A stretch of 64,000 nt of DNA from an uncultured Gemmatimonadales bacterium (lineage in GTDB: Bacteria; Gemmatimonadota; Gemmatimonadetes; Gemmatimonadales; Gemmatimonadaceae), in contig OY969695.1 in assembly GCA_963701965.1 (NCBI GenBank), forward strand, positions 1,024,001 to 1,088,000, read 5' to 3'. Shown here one piece after another: positions 39,973 through 50,290 of this stretch (positions are counted from its first letter, which is position 1; every line of letters begins with the position of its first letter). Both the position numbers and the translations under genes were made by a program. The notes below the pieces were generated by a model, which did no database searches, was not told the origin of the DNA, and saw only the letters and a program-made list of their open reading frames with translations.

Positions 39973-40218
39973 GTCGTAGGTCCTAGGCGGTCGGGCAACG
40001 CAGATGGAGGCGAACGGGGGGCGGCTGCATCGCGGGGTTTGACCGGAGCGCGTACGGCACGCCGCAGGCGCCGATGGCTAACAAACGTCCGCCACACGTA
40101 TCAGGCCGGCCCCGAAGCGACAGTGGGTACCGGAACGCAGCATCTGGCGCGGGACGGCCGCCAAGTCGAGCTCGGCGCGCGGCACACAGGAACGCGAGTG
40201 TCGACAACCTGTTGCATC

Positions 40219-40261
40219 TTGCCCCGGCCGACACGCGGACCTAGTATAGTGAGTACTCACT
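40219..40261 (+). promoter_or_regulatory. Promoter plus probable TetR operator
   Basis: TTGCCC-N17-TAGTAT followed directly by the perfect 14-bp palindrome AGTGAGTACTCACT. Confidence 0.7.
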
Positions 40262-40319
40262 TCACCCCGCCTGTCCATGATAGGCCCCATTTCCCGGCCC
40301 GCCCTGCGTCGGAGGAACG

Positions 40320-40712
40320 ATGAGAAACATGAGAGTCTGGCTACCGGTTGCGGCTTTGGCGAATTATGCCGTCACAGTCTGGCACACCTACTTGGCCGAA
40401 AAGGTCAATCCCGCGTTGCCGGTCGCCGAAACCGTGCGGATCGCGGTTCTCGCCGGTGCGCTCACGCTCGCGGGCGTCGTGCTCTTATGGACACGTCGAC
40501 CCAAAATCGGATCGCTTGTCCTCATCGCCACGTTCGCTGTGGGACTTGTCATCGGGAGTACCGAGCACTTTTTTGTCGCGGGCCCGAACAACGTGTTCGA
40601 CGTCGCCAACGGCGACTGGGCCTTCCCGTTCAAGGTCAGCGTTTGGATTCTTCTTGTGCTTGAGGTTGCGGGTCTGTCAGCCGCCGCGCGCATGCTTGCC
40701 GTGCGCGCCTGA
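40320..40712 (+). CDS. Four-TM hypothetical membrane protein
   Basis: GGAGG RBS; four hydrophobic helices; EHF...GP.N loop. Confidence 0.8.
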   Translation: MRNMRVWLPVAALANYAVTVWHTYLAEKVNPALPVAETVRIAVLAGALTLAGVVLLWTRRPKIGSLVLIATFAVGLVIGSTEHFFVAGPNNVFDVANGDWAFPFKVSVWILLVLEVAGLSAAARMLAVRA

Positions 40713-40779
40713 GCTGAGTCGCACTGAACCACGAACCGGCCTGCGCAACGTCTCGTCGTGGCGGAGCTGGCGGGAACCC

Positions 40780-41391
40780 ATGAGCGCGAGCAGCACACAC
40801 CAAAGGATTCTGGACGCGGCGCAGCACCTTCTCGAGACGGGCGGCCTTGCACGCCTGACGACGAAGGAGATCGCGCACACCGCCGGTTGCGCGGAAGGAA
40901 CCCTTTTTAAGCATTTCCGAAGCAAGGAAGACATCATTCTCGCTGTCGTGAGGGAAAACTCGCCTCGATTCCGCGATGCCGTGTCCCAATCGCGGCGTGC
41001 CAGCCGGCCGATCAAGAAAAACCTCGCCGAGATCGCGCTCGCGTGCATTCGCTTCTCGGAGAAGCTCATTCCCCTTGGTGCGTCCCTGCTCGGCGATGCG
41101 GTGCTCCTCGAACGCCACCGGACACTTGAGCCGGGGCGCGGACCGAAGGAGGCTTTCGCGCTGATCGCCGATTATGTGGCCCAAGAACAGCGTGCCGGCC
41201 GCATCGACGCGAGCGTCGACGCGGGAAGCGTCGCGATGCTTCTTTTCGGACCATGCTTCCAGCGGGTCTTCATTCGTCAGGTGGTGGGAAAGAACCCCGC
41301 ACCGGCGGACGACCGGAAATTCATCGCCACCCTCGTGGGTGCGATCATGCAGGGCATCGCGCCGCGCGGCGCCCCTGCTGGCGAGCAATGA
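40780..41391 (+). CDS. TetR/AcrR family regulator
   Basis: RILDAA..LTTKEIA..AG.AEGTLFKHF.SKEDI. Confidence 0.93.
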   Translation: MSASSTHQRILDAAQHLLETGGLARLTTKEIAHTAGCAEGTLFKHFRSKEDIILAVVRENSPRFRDAVSQSRRASRPIKKNLAEIALACIRFSEKLIPLGASLLGDAVLLERHRTLEPGRGPKEAFALIADYVAQEQRAGRIDASVDAGSVAMLLFGPCFQRVFIRQVVGKNPAPADDRKFIATLVGAIMQGIAPRGAPAGEQ

Positions 41392-41636
41392 AAACAGCAA
41401 AGGAGTGCCAGCGCCGCTGGTTGTAGGCGTCCTCGATGTAGCGGGGCGCGGTGCAGAAGCTTTTTCCCGTCTGCGTCTATCACGCCAAAGAGGCCACGGT
41501 GACGATCCTTACCGTGTATCATGGCGTCCGGGCATCGCTCGGGCAAATACGCGCCGCGCGCCTTCCCGCGAGGTCGTGACGAGCCGGCCACGAAGTCGGG
41601 CCTCCCATACAACCGGATCGGCAGTACTCTTCCGCA

Positions 41637-42185
41637 ATGCGACCCCTGCGGTATGTCATTAACGTCACCCTGGACGGGTGCTGCGATCATCGTGAAATGT
41701 CCACGGACGAGGAGTTGCATCGGCACGCGGCCGCGACCCTCGAGCAGGTCGGTGCCGTCCTGCTCGGCCGGGTGACGTACGAGATGATGGAGGCAGCGTT
41801 TCGGCCACCGACGCGGCCAGGCGCGAGGCCTGATTGGATGGAAGCGTTCGCCCGGGCAATCAACGCGGTAAAGAAATACGTCGTGTCGAGCACCCTGGAC
41901 CGCGTCGACTGGAACGCGGAGCTCGTACGTGGAGATCTGGGGAAAGCCGTTCAGCAGCTCAAACAGGAGTCGGGCAAGCGACTCGAAGTCTGGGGCGTGA
42001 AGTTCCCAGTGGCGTTAGCCGAGCTGGGATTGATCGACGAATACGAGTTCATGGTGCACCCCAGGCTCGCGGGCCACGGGCCGACGCTGCTCGCGGGGCT
42101 GTCGAAGCATCTCGACCTGAGGCTCGTGAGCCGGAAGGAGTTCGGCTCGGGGGTGGTGGAGATGCGATATGAGCCGGGAAGGTAG
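41637..42185 (+). CDS. Dihydrofolate reductase-like (RibD C-terminal domain) protein
   Basis: NVTLDG, LLGRVTYE, KYVVSSTL, GLIDEY, GHGPTL. Confidence 0.9.
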   Translation: MRPLRYVINVTLDGCCDHREMSTDEELHRHAAATLEQVGAVLLGRVTYEMMEAAFRPPTRPGARPDWMEAFARAINAVKKYVVSSTLDRVDWNAELVRGDLGKAVQQLKQESGKRLEVWGVKFPVALAELGLIDEYEFMVHPRLAGHGPTLLAGLSKHLDLRLVSRKEFGSGVVEMRYEPGR

Positions 42186-42694
42186 CCGCGCGGCGACGCT
42201 CGCCGGGCTGGTGGCACTGGTCGTCGGATGTTCGACGGCCTGCCATCGCCCGGACCCTGTCTCTCCTGTCGCTTCGAGCGAAGCTGACACGATCCAGGGA
42301 ACGGTCCAGCTAGTTGGGACGGACCCCTCCGCGGAAATCGTGCTCGCGCCGGGGTTCGGGCTTCCCATCAAGTTGGTCGGTCCGCCGACTCTCCGCAGCG
42401 TCGTTGGGTTGCTGGTACAAGTGGTGGCGACGCAAGCCAGGGATCGGCGCTGGCCGGACCGGGTTACCGTGCTCCGCTTCACGGTCGTTGTCGCCAACGG
42501 TCAACCGGCGACCGACGGCGTACTCACCGAGGACGGCGGCACTTTGTACATCGTGACCGCGGACGGTGTGCGCCACGCGCTCGCAGAGCCGCCCCCGGAA
42601 CTCCGCGCCCTGCTCGGCGACCGACGTCTGGGTGTCGGGCCCCCTCGACCGCAAGCCCGTCGCGTACGGCATAATCGAAGCGCAGCGGACTTGA
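42169..42694 (+). CDS. Hypothetical lipoprotein, probable +1 frameshift near 42619-42625
   Basis: Signal plus Cys; reading ..LRALLGD continues naturally as VWVSGPLDRKPVAYGIIEAQRT* in the +1 frame. Confidence 0.65.
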
Positions 42695-42759
42695 CCATAT
42701 CGCGCCCTGGCGACCGCCTTGCAGGAAGAACCGCCAATGTCACTCACCGAGGAGCCACG

Positions 42760-42993
42760 ATGATCGAACGCGATGATCTGTCGGATCGCCATGATCCGCA
42801 GCTCGAAGACACCGAAGGCGAGCCCGCCGACCCCAAGGTCGTCCGCCTGCACGGACGCGACTTTGCCGGCGCGTCGTTCGCCGCCAACGAAGACGAACAG
42901 ACCAAGGACAAAGCCGACCCCGAGTACCGCCCCGACATCGACGACGACAACACCGTACCGCGTATTCAGGACCACGGCCTGAACGAGCCCTGA
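42760..42993 (+). CDS. Small acidic hypothetical protein (77 aa)
   Basis: GAGGAG RBS before ATG 42760; Asp/Glu-rich. Confidence 0.7.
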   Translation: MIERDDLSDRHDPQLEDTEGEPADPKVVRLHGRDFAGASFAANEDEQTKDKADPEYRPDIDDDNTVPRIQDHGLNEP

Positions 42994-43067
42994 CCGCACG
43001 TACCCGCGGCCACCGATCTCCCATTTCGACGATGGACCGGTGGCCGCGGACCCTGCCGTCAGCGGCC

Positions 43068-44078
43068 CTAGTTTCCGCCGTTGTTCCCGTCCGTGCAGTC
43101 GTGGATCGCGTTCGAGTACTGCTCCTGCACCGCGTACACGTGCGCGCCAACGAGCGTGTTGTGCCGGAACCCGAAGCACAGGTCCGACACCTCGTTGCCC
43201 GTCAGCAAATTGAACCACGCGTCGCCGTCCGGGTCGGTGATCGACTCGATGAACTCGTGCGACAGCGTCGACGCCGTGCCGTCGATCACCCGCGTCTGCG
43301 TCGTCGGCAGCGAGCACCCCCCGACCCCTTGGAACGGCTCCACCGAGAAAATCAGGTGCACCGTCGAGCCGGCGCTGAACTGGACATCCACGCTCGAGTG
43401 GAACGCGCAGAAGTCGAACGAGCCCGGGATGTCCGGCGAGTAGCAGTCCCCCGCCGCGATGCACATGTCCGTGCCCTTCGGCAGAAAGACGTGGAACTCG
43501 TTCGCGTAGCCATTCGCGTTCGTGTTGAGCGCCGCCAATGCCACGATCGTGAAGATGTCGTCGATCGACGCCGTGCCGCCCGGCGCCGTTGCCGTCGGCG
43601 CCCCACTGAACGTGAACGCCGTGTTCAACTCCTGAACCTTGAAGCGCCCATCCGCGTCTTCGTTGAGATACTGGTCCGCCACCCGGAGGATGTTGCTGGC
43701 GTTCAGATCCCGCAGCACCGTCGCCGGCGTCAGATTCCCCGTGCCCCAACAGCTGGCCGGACCCGCCGCGCAGTTCACATACACGTTGAACTCCGTGGCG
43801 TGCTGCACCACCGGACCACCCAGGAACGTCAGGTCGTACGGCGAATTCACGGTCTTGTCCGAGAGTGCCCCCTTCGGCTGCTGCGTCGCTTCCCACAGCG
43901 CGATGGTGGGCATCTTTTTCAGGACCTGGTGCGAGACCGTCGTCGCGGCGTGTCGCGCCGCGCCGGTCGCCGTGATCGTCACCGGATTCGCGGGCGCCGC
44001 GGTCGGCGCATCACTACACCCCCCCAACACCAGACCCGCCACCGCGACAGACGCCGACATCAAGACCGTAGTGCGCAT
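43068..44078 (-). CDS. Lipoprotein with Phi-1/EXORDIUM-like motifs
   Basis: Lipobox LGGC; GGPV, FCAFHS, SHEFIESITDP..AW..EVSDLC. Confidence 0.78.
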   Translation of the reverse strand: MRTTVLMSASVAVAGLVLGGCSDAPTAAPANPVTITATGAARHAATTVSHQVLKKMPTIALWEATQQPKGALSDKTVNSPYDLTFLGGPVVQHATEFNVYVNCAAGPASCWGTGNLTPATVLRDLNASNILRVADQYLNEDADGRFKVQELNTAFTFSGAPTATAPGGTASIDDIFTIVALAALNTNANGYANEFHVFLPKGTDMCIAAGDCYSPDIPGSFDFCAFHSSVDVQFSAGSTVHLIFSVEPFQGVGGCSLPTTQTRVIDGTASTLSHEFIESITDPDGDAWFNLLTGNEVSDLCFGFRHNTLVGAHVYAVQEQYSNAIHDCTDGNNGGN

Positions 44079-44269
44079 GCTTCGCTCTCCCTAGAGAATG
44101 GTTTGAGCTTGCGGATGGAGCGCACCAACGGTTGTGAGTGTCAGGGACGAACGCAACTCAGCCACAACCCGCGCGACGTGACACCCGCACCCCGCGAGCA
44201 CGCGCGCCAAACGAAATCAAAAACTCGCGTGTAAGCAGCGCGATTTTCGATGCGACCGGGTTGAAGGCG

Positions 44270-44298
44270 AAAAGGGCCGGTGCATGAGCACCGGCCCT
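44270..44298 (-). terminator. Intrinsic terminator of the sigma factor gene
   Basis: AGGGCCGGTGC-atga-GCACCGGCCCT with U-tract on the minus strand. Confidence 0.75.
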
Positions 44299-44322
44299 CA
44301 TCGCGTGCGTTCCAGCCGATCG

Positions 44323-45264
44323 TTACGCGGCCCAGTCCCGCAACACGCCCGTCGCCTCGCCCGAGCGCAACGCGGCGATCGCCCGGTCGCGCAGCTGCCG
44401 CACCCGCTCGCGCGTGACGCCGAGCATCGAACCAATCTGCTCCAACGTCATCGGCTCCTTGCCCTCGAGCCCATAGTACAGCACGAGCACCTGCCGATCA
44501 CGCGCCGGCAACGGCTCCAGCGCCAAACGCAGCGCGTTCCACCGATCCTCGTCCTCGAGCCGGCCGGGGAGCCGATCCTCACTGTCCTCCTCCGTCCCGA
44601 TGACACTGGCCAACGTGCGCCCCGCGCCACCACGCGCGCCAACACCCGCCTCCAGCGGCTCATCGAGCGACCGCTCCGGCTGCACCAACGCCGCCAAACT
44701 CTCGGCGATCTCGGGACTCAAACCGCACGCCCGCCCGATCTCGTCGTGCGTCGGCTCGCGACCCAGCGCCGACCGCAGCGCCGCCTGCGCCTTGACCACG
44801 CGCGACAGATCGCCGGCACGACCCAACGGCAGACGGACCGACCGCCCCTTCGTCGTGATCGACGCATGCAACGCCTGTTTGATCCACCACACCGCGTAGC
44901 TGATGAAGTTGACACCGACGTCCGGGTCATACTTGTCCGCCGCGCGACACAGCCCCGCGTTGGCCTCGCCGACCAGATCCTCGAGCGAGAGCCCGCGGTT
45001 TTGATACTGCTTGGCCACCGAGAACGCGAACCGCAAGTTCGCGCTGATCAGTTCCGCCCGCAGCTTGCTCCGCTCCGCCTGCGAGATCCTCGGATTGCGC
45101 ATCCGGCGCGCCAAGTCCTTCTGCGCCTCCGCCTGCAACACCGGCGTGCGCGAGAGCTCGGCAATGTACAAGTCGAGCAGCTCGTGCCCCTGCTCCGCCT
45201 CTATTGCCACCGGTGAACGCTTCGACCGTCGTGGCGCGCGCACACCCTTCTTCTGAACTGCCAT
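44323..45264 (-). CDS. RpoD/RpoS-family sigma factor lacking region 1.1
   Basis: ANLRFAFSVAKQY, DLVGEANAGL, FISYAVWWIKQ, TLEQIG..GVTRERVRQL. Confidence 0.93.
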   Translation of the reverse strand: MAVQKKGVRAPRRSKRSPVAIEAEQGHELLDLYIAELSRTPVLQAEAQKDLARRMRNPRISQAERSKLRAELISANLRFAFSVAKQYQNRGLSLEDLVGEANAGLCRAADKYDPDVGVNFISYAVWWIKQALHASITTKGRSVRLPLGRAGDLSRVVKAQAALRSALGREPTHDEIGRACGLSPEIAESLAALVQPERSLDEPLEAGVGARGGAGRTLASVIGTEEDSEDRLPGRLEDEDRWNALRLALEPLPARDRQVLVLYYGLEGKEPMTLEQIGSMLGVTRERVRQLRDRAIAALRSGEATGVLRDWAA

Positions 45265-45350
45265 GTCTGACTCTCTCCCCCGAAAAGAACAGGCGGGCGA
45301 ACCCCCCCCGGGTCCGCCCGTCGCGCCTGCCGCCTACCCAACCAGCGGCC

Positions 45351-45698
45351 TCACGCCACGAGCGACGCCTTCCGATACTTGGCCCGATCTGGCGGCGTTA
45401 CCGTGAAACGCGCGCCTTCATCGGTCTGTTCAAAGTCGATCACGCTGCCGTCCACATGCTCGGCCGAAAACGGATCGACGTACACCTTTATACCATGCTG
45501 CGTGACTATATAATCCGTCTCGCGCGCCGCTTGTTCGATCGAGAATTGGAACGTGCACCCGTTCTCGGTCCGCTGCGCGGCGATCCGGAGACCGCCATCG
45601 TCGGCACTGACGCCGGCGACCGCCATCGCTTGCCGGACTGCCATCCCTCCGGCCGGGCTCAGCGCCACTGAGACGCCCAACTGCTGCATAATCTGCAT
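45351..45698 (-). CDS. HesB/IscA-like protein lacking the C-terminal CxC
   Basis: GLRI..GC..F, GIKVYVDPFS...DG..IDF; start uncertain. Confidence 0.75.
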   Translation of the reverse strand: MQIMQQLGVSVALSPAGGMAVRQAMAVAGVSADDGGLRIAAQRTENGCTFQFSIEQAARETDYIVTQHGIKVYVDPFSAEHVDGSVIDFEQTDEGARFTVTPPDRAKYRKASLVA

Positions 45699-45776
45699 AA
45701 TCCCGACTGCTTTATACGTGTTTTCAGACGTGCGTGTTCCACACACCTACGCCCGAATGAATCCCGAGCCGGCGTA

Positions 45777-47183
45777 CTAGGTTCCATACCCGGTGACGAC
45801 CCGGATGGGAGCGATCCCAGCCGCACGCAGCCCGGGCTCGATCACCTTCCGATCGCCCACCACCACGATCGCCTGGTGGGCCGGATCGAGGTGGGCCGCC
45901 AACGCCGCCCGGGCCTGGGCCGGGGTCACCGCCTCGAACCGCGCCGTCAAATGGTCGTAATAGTCCAGCGGAAGGTTGTTCTCCAATAAGGTCGCGGCCG
46001 CCCCAGCCACCTCTTCGACGGTCGCAAATGCTCGTGGCAGGGATCGCACCATCGTTGCCTTGGCGAAGGCCAATTCGGAGTCGCTGACCGGCCGCTGGTG
46101 GCGGATCTCCCGAATCAACGCCACGAGGTCAACCAACGCCGAGTCGGTCTTGGGGGTCGCCACATCGGCTCCGGCCGTGAACGTGCTCGGCTGTGGCACC
46201 TTTCGAAACGAGAAATCCGACTCCGCGCCATACGTGTACCCGTGCTCCTCCCGAAGCACCAGGTTGAGCCGGCTATTGAAGGCCCCGCCCAACACCGTAT
46301 TGCCGAGCTCGAGCGCAAAATGGTCTGGCGCGTCCTGGCGCGGCCCCAACTGACCAACGTACAGCACGCTTTGCGGCGAGTTGGGCCGGTCGTAGAGATA
46401 GATCGCCGATGCCGCTGGCACCTTGGGCGCCGGCGGACTGACCTCGCCGCTCTTCCCGCCTCCTGACCAGGCACCGAACACCCGATCCAGCGCCGCCGTC
46501 GCGGCCTCAGGAGTCATGTCGCCGGAGACGACAAACGTCACGTTCCGCGGTCGATAGTAGTCCGCGTGAAACGCCACCAAATCAGCCCGCGTGATCCCGC
46601 CCAAACTCTGCTCCGACTCGGCCCGCGCGTACGGATGACCGCGCCCATACACGGCGTCGGCGAACACGCGCCCCGCGACGTAGTCGGGCGAATCCTTTGC
46701 CCGTCGCAACGCCGCCACGAGGTTCGCCTTGTCCCGCGCCAGCGCCGTCTCGGGAAACGCCGGATGCAACAGCTGGTCGGCCATGAGATCGAGCGAGCGT
46801 TCGACGTTGCGCGTGATCGTGAAGAACCCCATCGGCGACACCGTGTTGCCGAGATCGGCCGCGGCCTCCGACAACTGGTCCGCCGTCATCGTCGCCGTCC
46901 CCTCGTCCAGCATCCGCGCCGTGAGCGAGGCCTCGCCCTCCTTGCCCGGTGGGTCGAGCAACGCCGACGCCTCGACCAAGACCCGCACACTCACGATCGG
47001 CAGCGCGTGGTTCTCGAGCACGGCCACCCGGATCCCGTTGCGCAGCGCGCGCATCTGGATCGCCGGCACCCGCAACGCCGGCTGCGCCGGTACCGCCGGC
47101 GCGACCGTGCGGTCTATCGTCTGTGCCGTCTGCGCCTCGAGCGCACCGCCCAGCACGCAGCCAATCAGTAGGAGCCAGCGCAT
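45777..47183 (-). CDS. M16 family peptidase, non-catalytic subunit
   Basis: LRNGIRV, MLDEGT (no HxxEH), LGG..NSRL...LRE.HGYTYG. Confidence 0.9.
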   Translation of the reverse strand: MRWLLLIGCVLGGALEAQTAQTIDRTVAPAVPAQPALRVPAIQMRALRNGIRVAVLENHALPIVSVRVLVEASALLDPPGKEGEASLTARMLDEGTATMTADQLSEAAADLGNTVSPMGFFTITRNVERSLDLMADQLLHPAFPETALARDKANLVAALRRAKDSPDYVAGRVFADAVYGRGHPYARAESEQSLGGITRADLVAFHADYYRPRNVTFVVSGDMTPEAATAALDRVFGAWSGGGKSGEVSPPAPKVPAASAIYLYDRPNSPQSVLYVGQLGPRQDAPDHFALELGNTVLGGAFNSRLNLVLREEHGYTYGAESDFSFRKVPQPSTFTAGADVATPKTDSALVDLVALIREIRHQRPVSDSELAFAKATMVRSLPRAFATVEEVAGAAATLLENNLPLDYYDHLTARFEAVTPAQARAALAAHLDPAHQAIVVVGDRKVIEPGLRAAGIAPIRVVTGYGT

Positions 47184-48583
47184 TAGTTCGTCCCCCCGCT
47201 GCCGTCCGTCGCTTTGGTATAGGGCTCGGTCGGGCGACTCACGAGATCGAGCTTGCCCGCCGGCACCATGCTGAGCACGACGCGGCCGGCCGTGAGATAC
47301 CGGTCGGCGACGCGGTGCACATCCGCGCCGGTGACCTTGTCACCGTCGCGCAACTCGGCGAGATAGTGCCACGGGTCGTGAAAGAACGTCTCCCCCTCGT
47401 TGAGCGTCTCGCCTTTCGCGTCGACCGCCTCGAGCCCCGTGATCGTCCCCACCAGCGCGTAGTTCTTGCCGCGGGCCACCTCGCGATCGTCCGGCGGCGC
47501 GGCGCGGGCCGCCGCCAGCACGCTGTCGACGAGCGACTCGACGACCGTCAGCGAGACATGGGGCCGCGGCCGGACATCGATCTCGAACAAACCCGCGTTC
47601 TCGTAGCTCACCTGCCGCGCCGAGACGCGGCTCGCCAGCTGGCGGTCGTACACGAGCAGCTTCGTGAGGCGGCTCGTCCGGTCCAGCGTCAGCACGTCGG
47701 CCAACGCGTCGAGCGCCGGAGCGTCGGGGCTGTCGCCGCCGACCGTCGGCCACGCCATCGCGAGTTGCGGCTCGCTCGCCTTTGCATCCTCCAGCGCCAG
47801 CCGCCGCTCGGCGGCGAGCGGCGCCGGCGGCACAGCCGGCCGCACGATCGCGGGCCCTCGCGGGATCGCCCCGAAATATTTCTCCACCAACGTCCGCGTG
47901 CGCGCCGAATCGACGTCCCCCACCACCACCAGCACCGCGTTGTCGGGTGCGTAGTAGGTGCGGAAAAACGCGGACACGTCCGCCAGACTCGCCGCCGACA
48001 GATCGGCTATCGAGCCGATGACCGGCCAGGAATACGGGTTGTCCTTCGGGAAAATCGCCGCGCCGATCACCTCGCTGGCAGTGCCATAGGGCTGGTTGTC
48101 GATCCGCTCGCGGCGCTCGTTCTTCACGACGTCGCGTTGGTTGTCGAGCTTGGCCTGCGTCAGCCCGGGCAAGAGAAAGCCCATGCGGTCCGACTCCAGC
48201 CACAGCGCCGTCTCCAGCCAGTTGCTGGGCAGCGTCTCGAAGTAGTTTGTCCGGTCGTTCGTCGTCGATCCGTTCATATCGCCACCCGCATTCTCGACGA
48301 GGCGGATGTGTTCGCCCTTGGCCACGTGCTCCGACCCCTCGAACATGAGATGCTCGAAGAGATGGGCAAATCCGGTACGCCCCGGCACCTCGTTCTTGGA
48401 ACCCACGTGGTACCAAACCGTCACGTGGACGATCGGCGCCGCGTGATCTTCCGACACGACCAGTGTCAGGCCGTTGGCCAGGGTCGTCGTCGTCGCGGGA
48501 ATCCGCGGCGGTTCTTGGGCGCCCGCGAGGGGTGCCGCCACGAGGGCCCACGCGACCAGAGCCCGGAATCGCAGCCGGGTCAT
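47183..48583 (-). CDS. M16 family zinc peptidase, catalytic subunit
   Basis: Signal peptide; VGSKNE..GRTGFAHLFEHLMF; LWLESDRM. Confidence 0.93.
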   Translation of the reverse strand: MTRLRFRALVAWALVAAPLAGAQEPPRIPATTTTLANGLTLVVSEDHAAPIVHVTVWYHVGSKNEVPGRTGFAHLFEHLMFEGSEHVAKGEHIRLVENAGGDMNGSTTNDRTNYFETLPSNWLETALWLESDRMGFLLPGLTQAKLDNQRDVVKNERRERIDNQPYGTASEVIGAAIFPKDNPYSWPVIGSIADLSAASLADVSAFFRTYYAPDNAVLVVVGDVDSARTRTLVEKYFGAIPRGPAIVRPAVPPAPLAAERRLALEDAKASEPQLAMAWPTVGGDSPDAPALDALADVLTLDRTSRLTKLLVYDRQLASRVSARQVSYENAGLFEIDVRPRPHVSLTVVESLVDSVLAAARAAPPDDREVARGKNYALVGTITGLEAVDAKGETLNEGETFFHDPWHYLAELRDGDKVTGADVHRVADRYLTAGRVVLSMVPAGKLDLVSRPTEPYTKATDGSGGTN

Positions 48584-48617
48584 ATGCGAACCAACGGCGT
48601 TCGTAATACCTTCGTGC

Positions 48618-49112
48618 ATGACGCTTTCTCCACTCGTCGGTGTCGTGATGGGGAGCCAGAGCGATTACGCGCATCTGGCCCCGGCGTGCGAGTTGCTGGA
48701 AACGTTCGGCGTACCCTTCGAGGCCCGCGTCGTGTCCGCGCACCGTACGCCCGACTGGCTCTTCGCCTACGCCGAGCAGGCGGAGGCGCGCGGGCTGCAG
48801 GTGATCATCGCGGGCGCGGGCGGCGCGGCCCATCTACCGGGCATGCTGGCGGCGAAAACGTTGATACCCGTGCTGGGCGTTCCAGTGCCCGCGACGGCGC
48901 TCAACGGACTCGACGCCCTGCTCTCGATCGTCCAGATGCCCAAAGGCGTGCCAGTGGGGACCTTGGCAATCGGCGAGCCGGGCGCGGCCAACGCGGCCAT
49001 CCTCGCGTCCGAGATCGTCGGCCTCTCCCGCCCGGACGTCCGCGACCGTCTGCGCGCCTGGCGGACGGGACGGCGCGACGAGGTCCTGGCCCAAACCCTC
49101 CCTCCCCGGTGA
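48618..49112 (+). CDS. purE: N5-CAIR mutase
   Basis: VMGSQSD, SAHRTP, AGAGGAAHLPGM, SIVQMPKGVPV. Confidence 0.97.
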   Translation: MTLSPLVGVVMGSQSDYAHLAPACELLETFGVPFEARVVSAHRTPDWLFAYAEQAEARGLQVIIAGAGGAAHLPGMLAAKTLIPVLGVPVPATALNGLDALLSIVQMPKGVPVGTLAIGEPGAANAAILASEIVGLSRPDVRDRLRAWRTGRRDEVLAQTLPPR

Positions 49113-50279
49113 CCGCGATCCTGCCGGGCGCGACGATCGGGCTCCTCGGTGGCGGGCAGCTGGGACGCATGACGGCGCTCGCCGCCCGCTCTCTGGGGTA
49201 TGACGTCATTGTGCTCGATCCCGACCCCGACCCGCCGGCCGCGGCCCTGGCCAGCGAATGCATTGCCGCCGGGTTCGACGACGTGGCGGCCGCGACGCGT
49301 CTCGCCCAGCGCGCCGACGTGGTCACGCTGGAGATTGAACGCATCGCCACCGCGAGCCTGGACGCGGCGGCGCGCTACGCACCGGTGCGCCCCGGCGCCG
49401 CCGTGCTGGCGGTGATCAACGACCGCGCGCGTCAAAAAGCGTGGCTCCAGGCGCAGGGGGCGCCGGTGGGTCCGTTCGCCGTCGCGGCGAACGCCGCCGC
49501 CTGCGCGGACGCCGTGCGCGCGTTCGGCCCGTCGTACATCAAGGCGGCGAGCGGCGGTTACGACGGCCGGGGTCAAGTGCACGTCGACACGCCCTCGGCG
49601 TGCGCCGACGCGTGGGCCGCGCTCGGCGCGCGGCGGTGCATCGTCGAGCAGGCCATCGACCTGGCCGCCGAGTTGTCCGTGCTCGTCGCGCGACGCCCGG
49701 GCGGCGAGACCGCGGTCTACGCGCCCGCGCTCAACGCGCACGAGGCGGGGCAGCTCGCCTGGTCGGCGATCCCCGCGCCCATCGACGGCGACCTCGCCGC
49801 GCGCGCGACCACCCTCGCGGTGGCGCTCGCCGAAGCGATCGGAGTCGTCGGTCTCTTGGCCGTCGAGATGTTCCTGTCGACCAGTGGCACCCTACTGGTC
49901 AACGAACTGGCCCCCCGGCCCCACAATAGCTTCCATCATACGATCGAGGCCTGCGTCACCAGCCAGTTCGAGCAACTGGTGCGCGCGGTCTGCGACCTCC
50001 CGCTGGGCGCGACCGACATCGTGCGGCCGGCGGCGATCGCCAATATCCTCGGCGACGCGTGGCACGACGGCGTCGCCCCCGATTTCGCCGCGGCACTCGC
50101 GGTCCCCGGAACGCGCCTCCATTCTCTATGGAAAGCGCGAACCGCGGCCCGCGCGCAAGATGGGGCACCTGGCCGCGGTCGCGCCGACCGTCGACGATGC
50201 GCAGGCGCGCGTCATCGATGCGCTCAGCCGCCTGGTTGCCGGAACCCAACATCCGACGTTCGCGCGGTGTAACCTGTGA
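49109..50279 (+). CDS. purK: N5-CAIR synthetase, +1 frameshift at 50122-50123
   Basis: LGGGQLGRM, GYDGRGQ, NELAPRPHNS, TSQFEQ; conserved LYGK..RKMGH lies in the +1 frame. Confidence 0.92.
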
Positions 50280-50290
50280 CTGAGACAATC

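Noticed and set aside
42169..42993. Single 274-aa fusion ORF
   Set aside because: Better explained by a frameshifted lipoprotein plus a separate RBS-bearing gene at 42760
39908..44300. Prophage or integrative element downstream of tRNA-Asn
   Set aside because: No integrase, phage genes or 3' tRNA repeat found by eye
46949..50272. 1107-aa ORF
   Set aside because: Stop-free upstream extension of the purK frame across the antisense of the M16 gene; only 49109 onward is PurK
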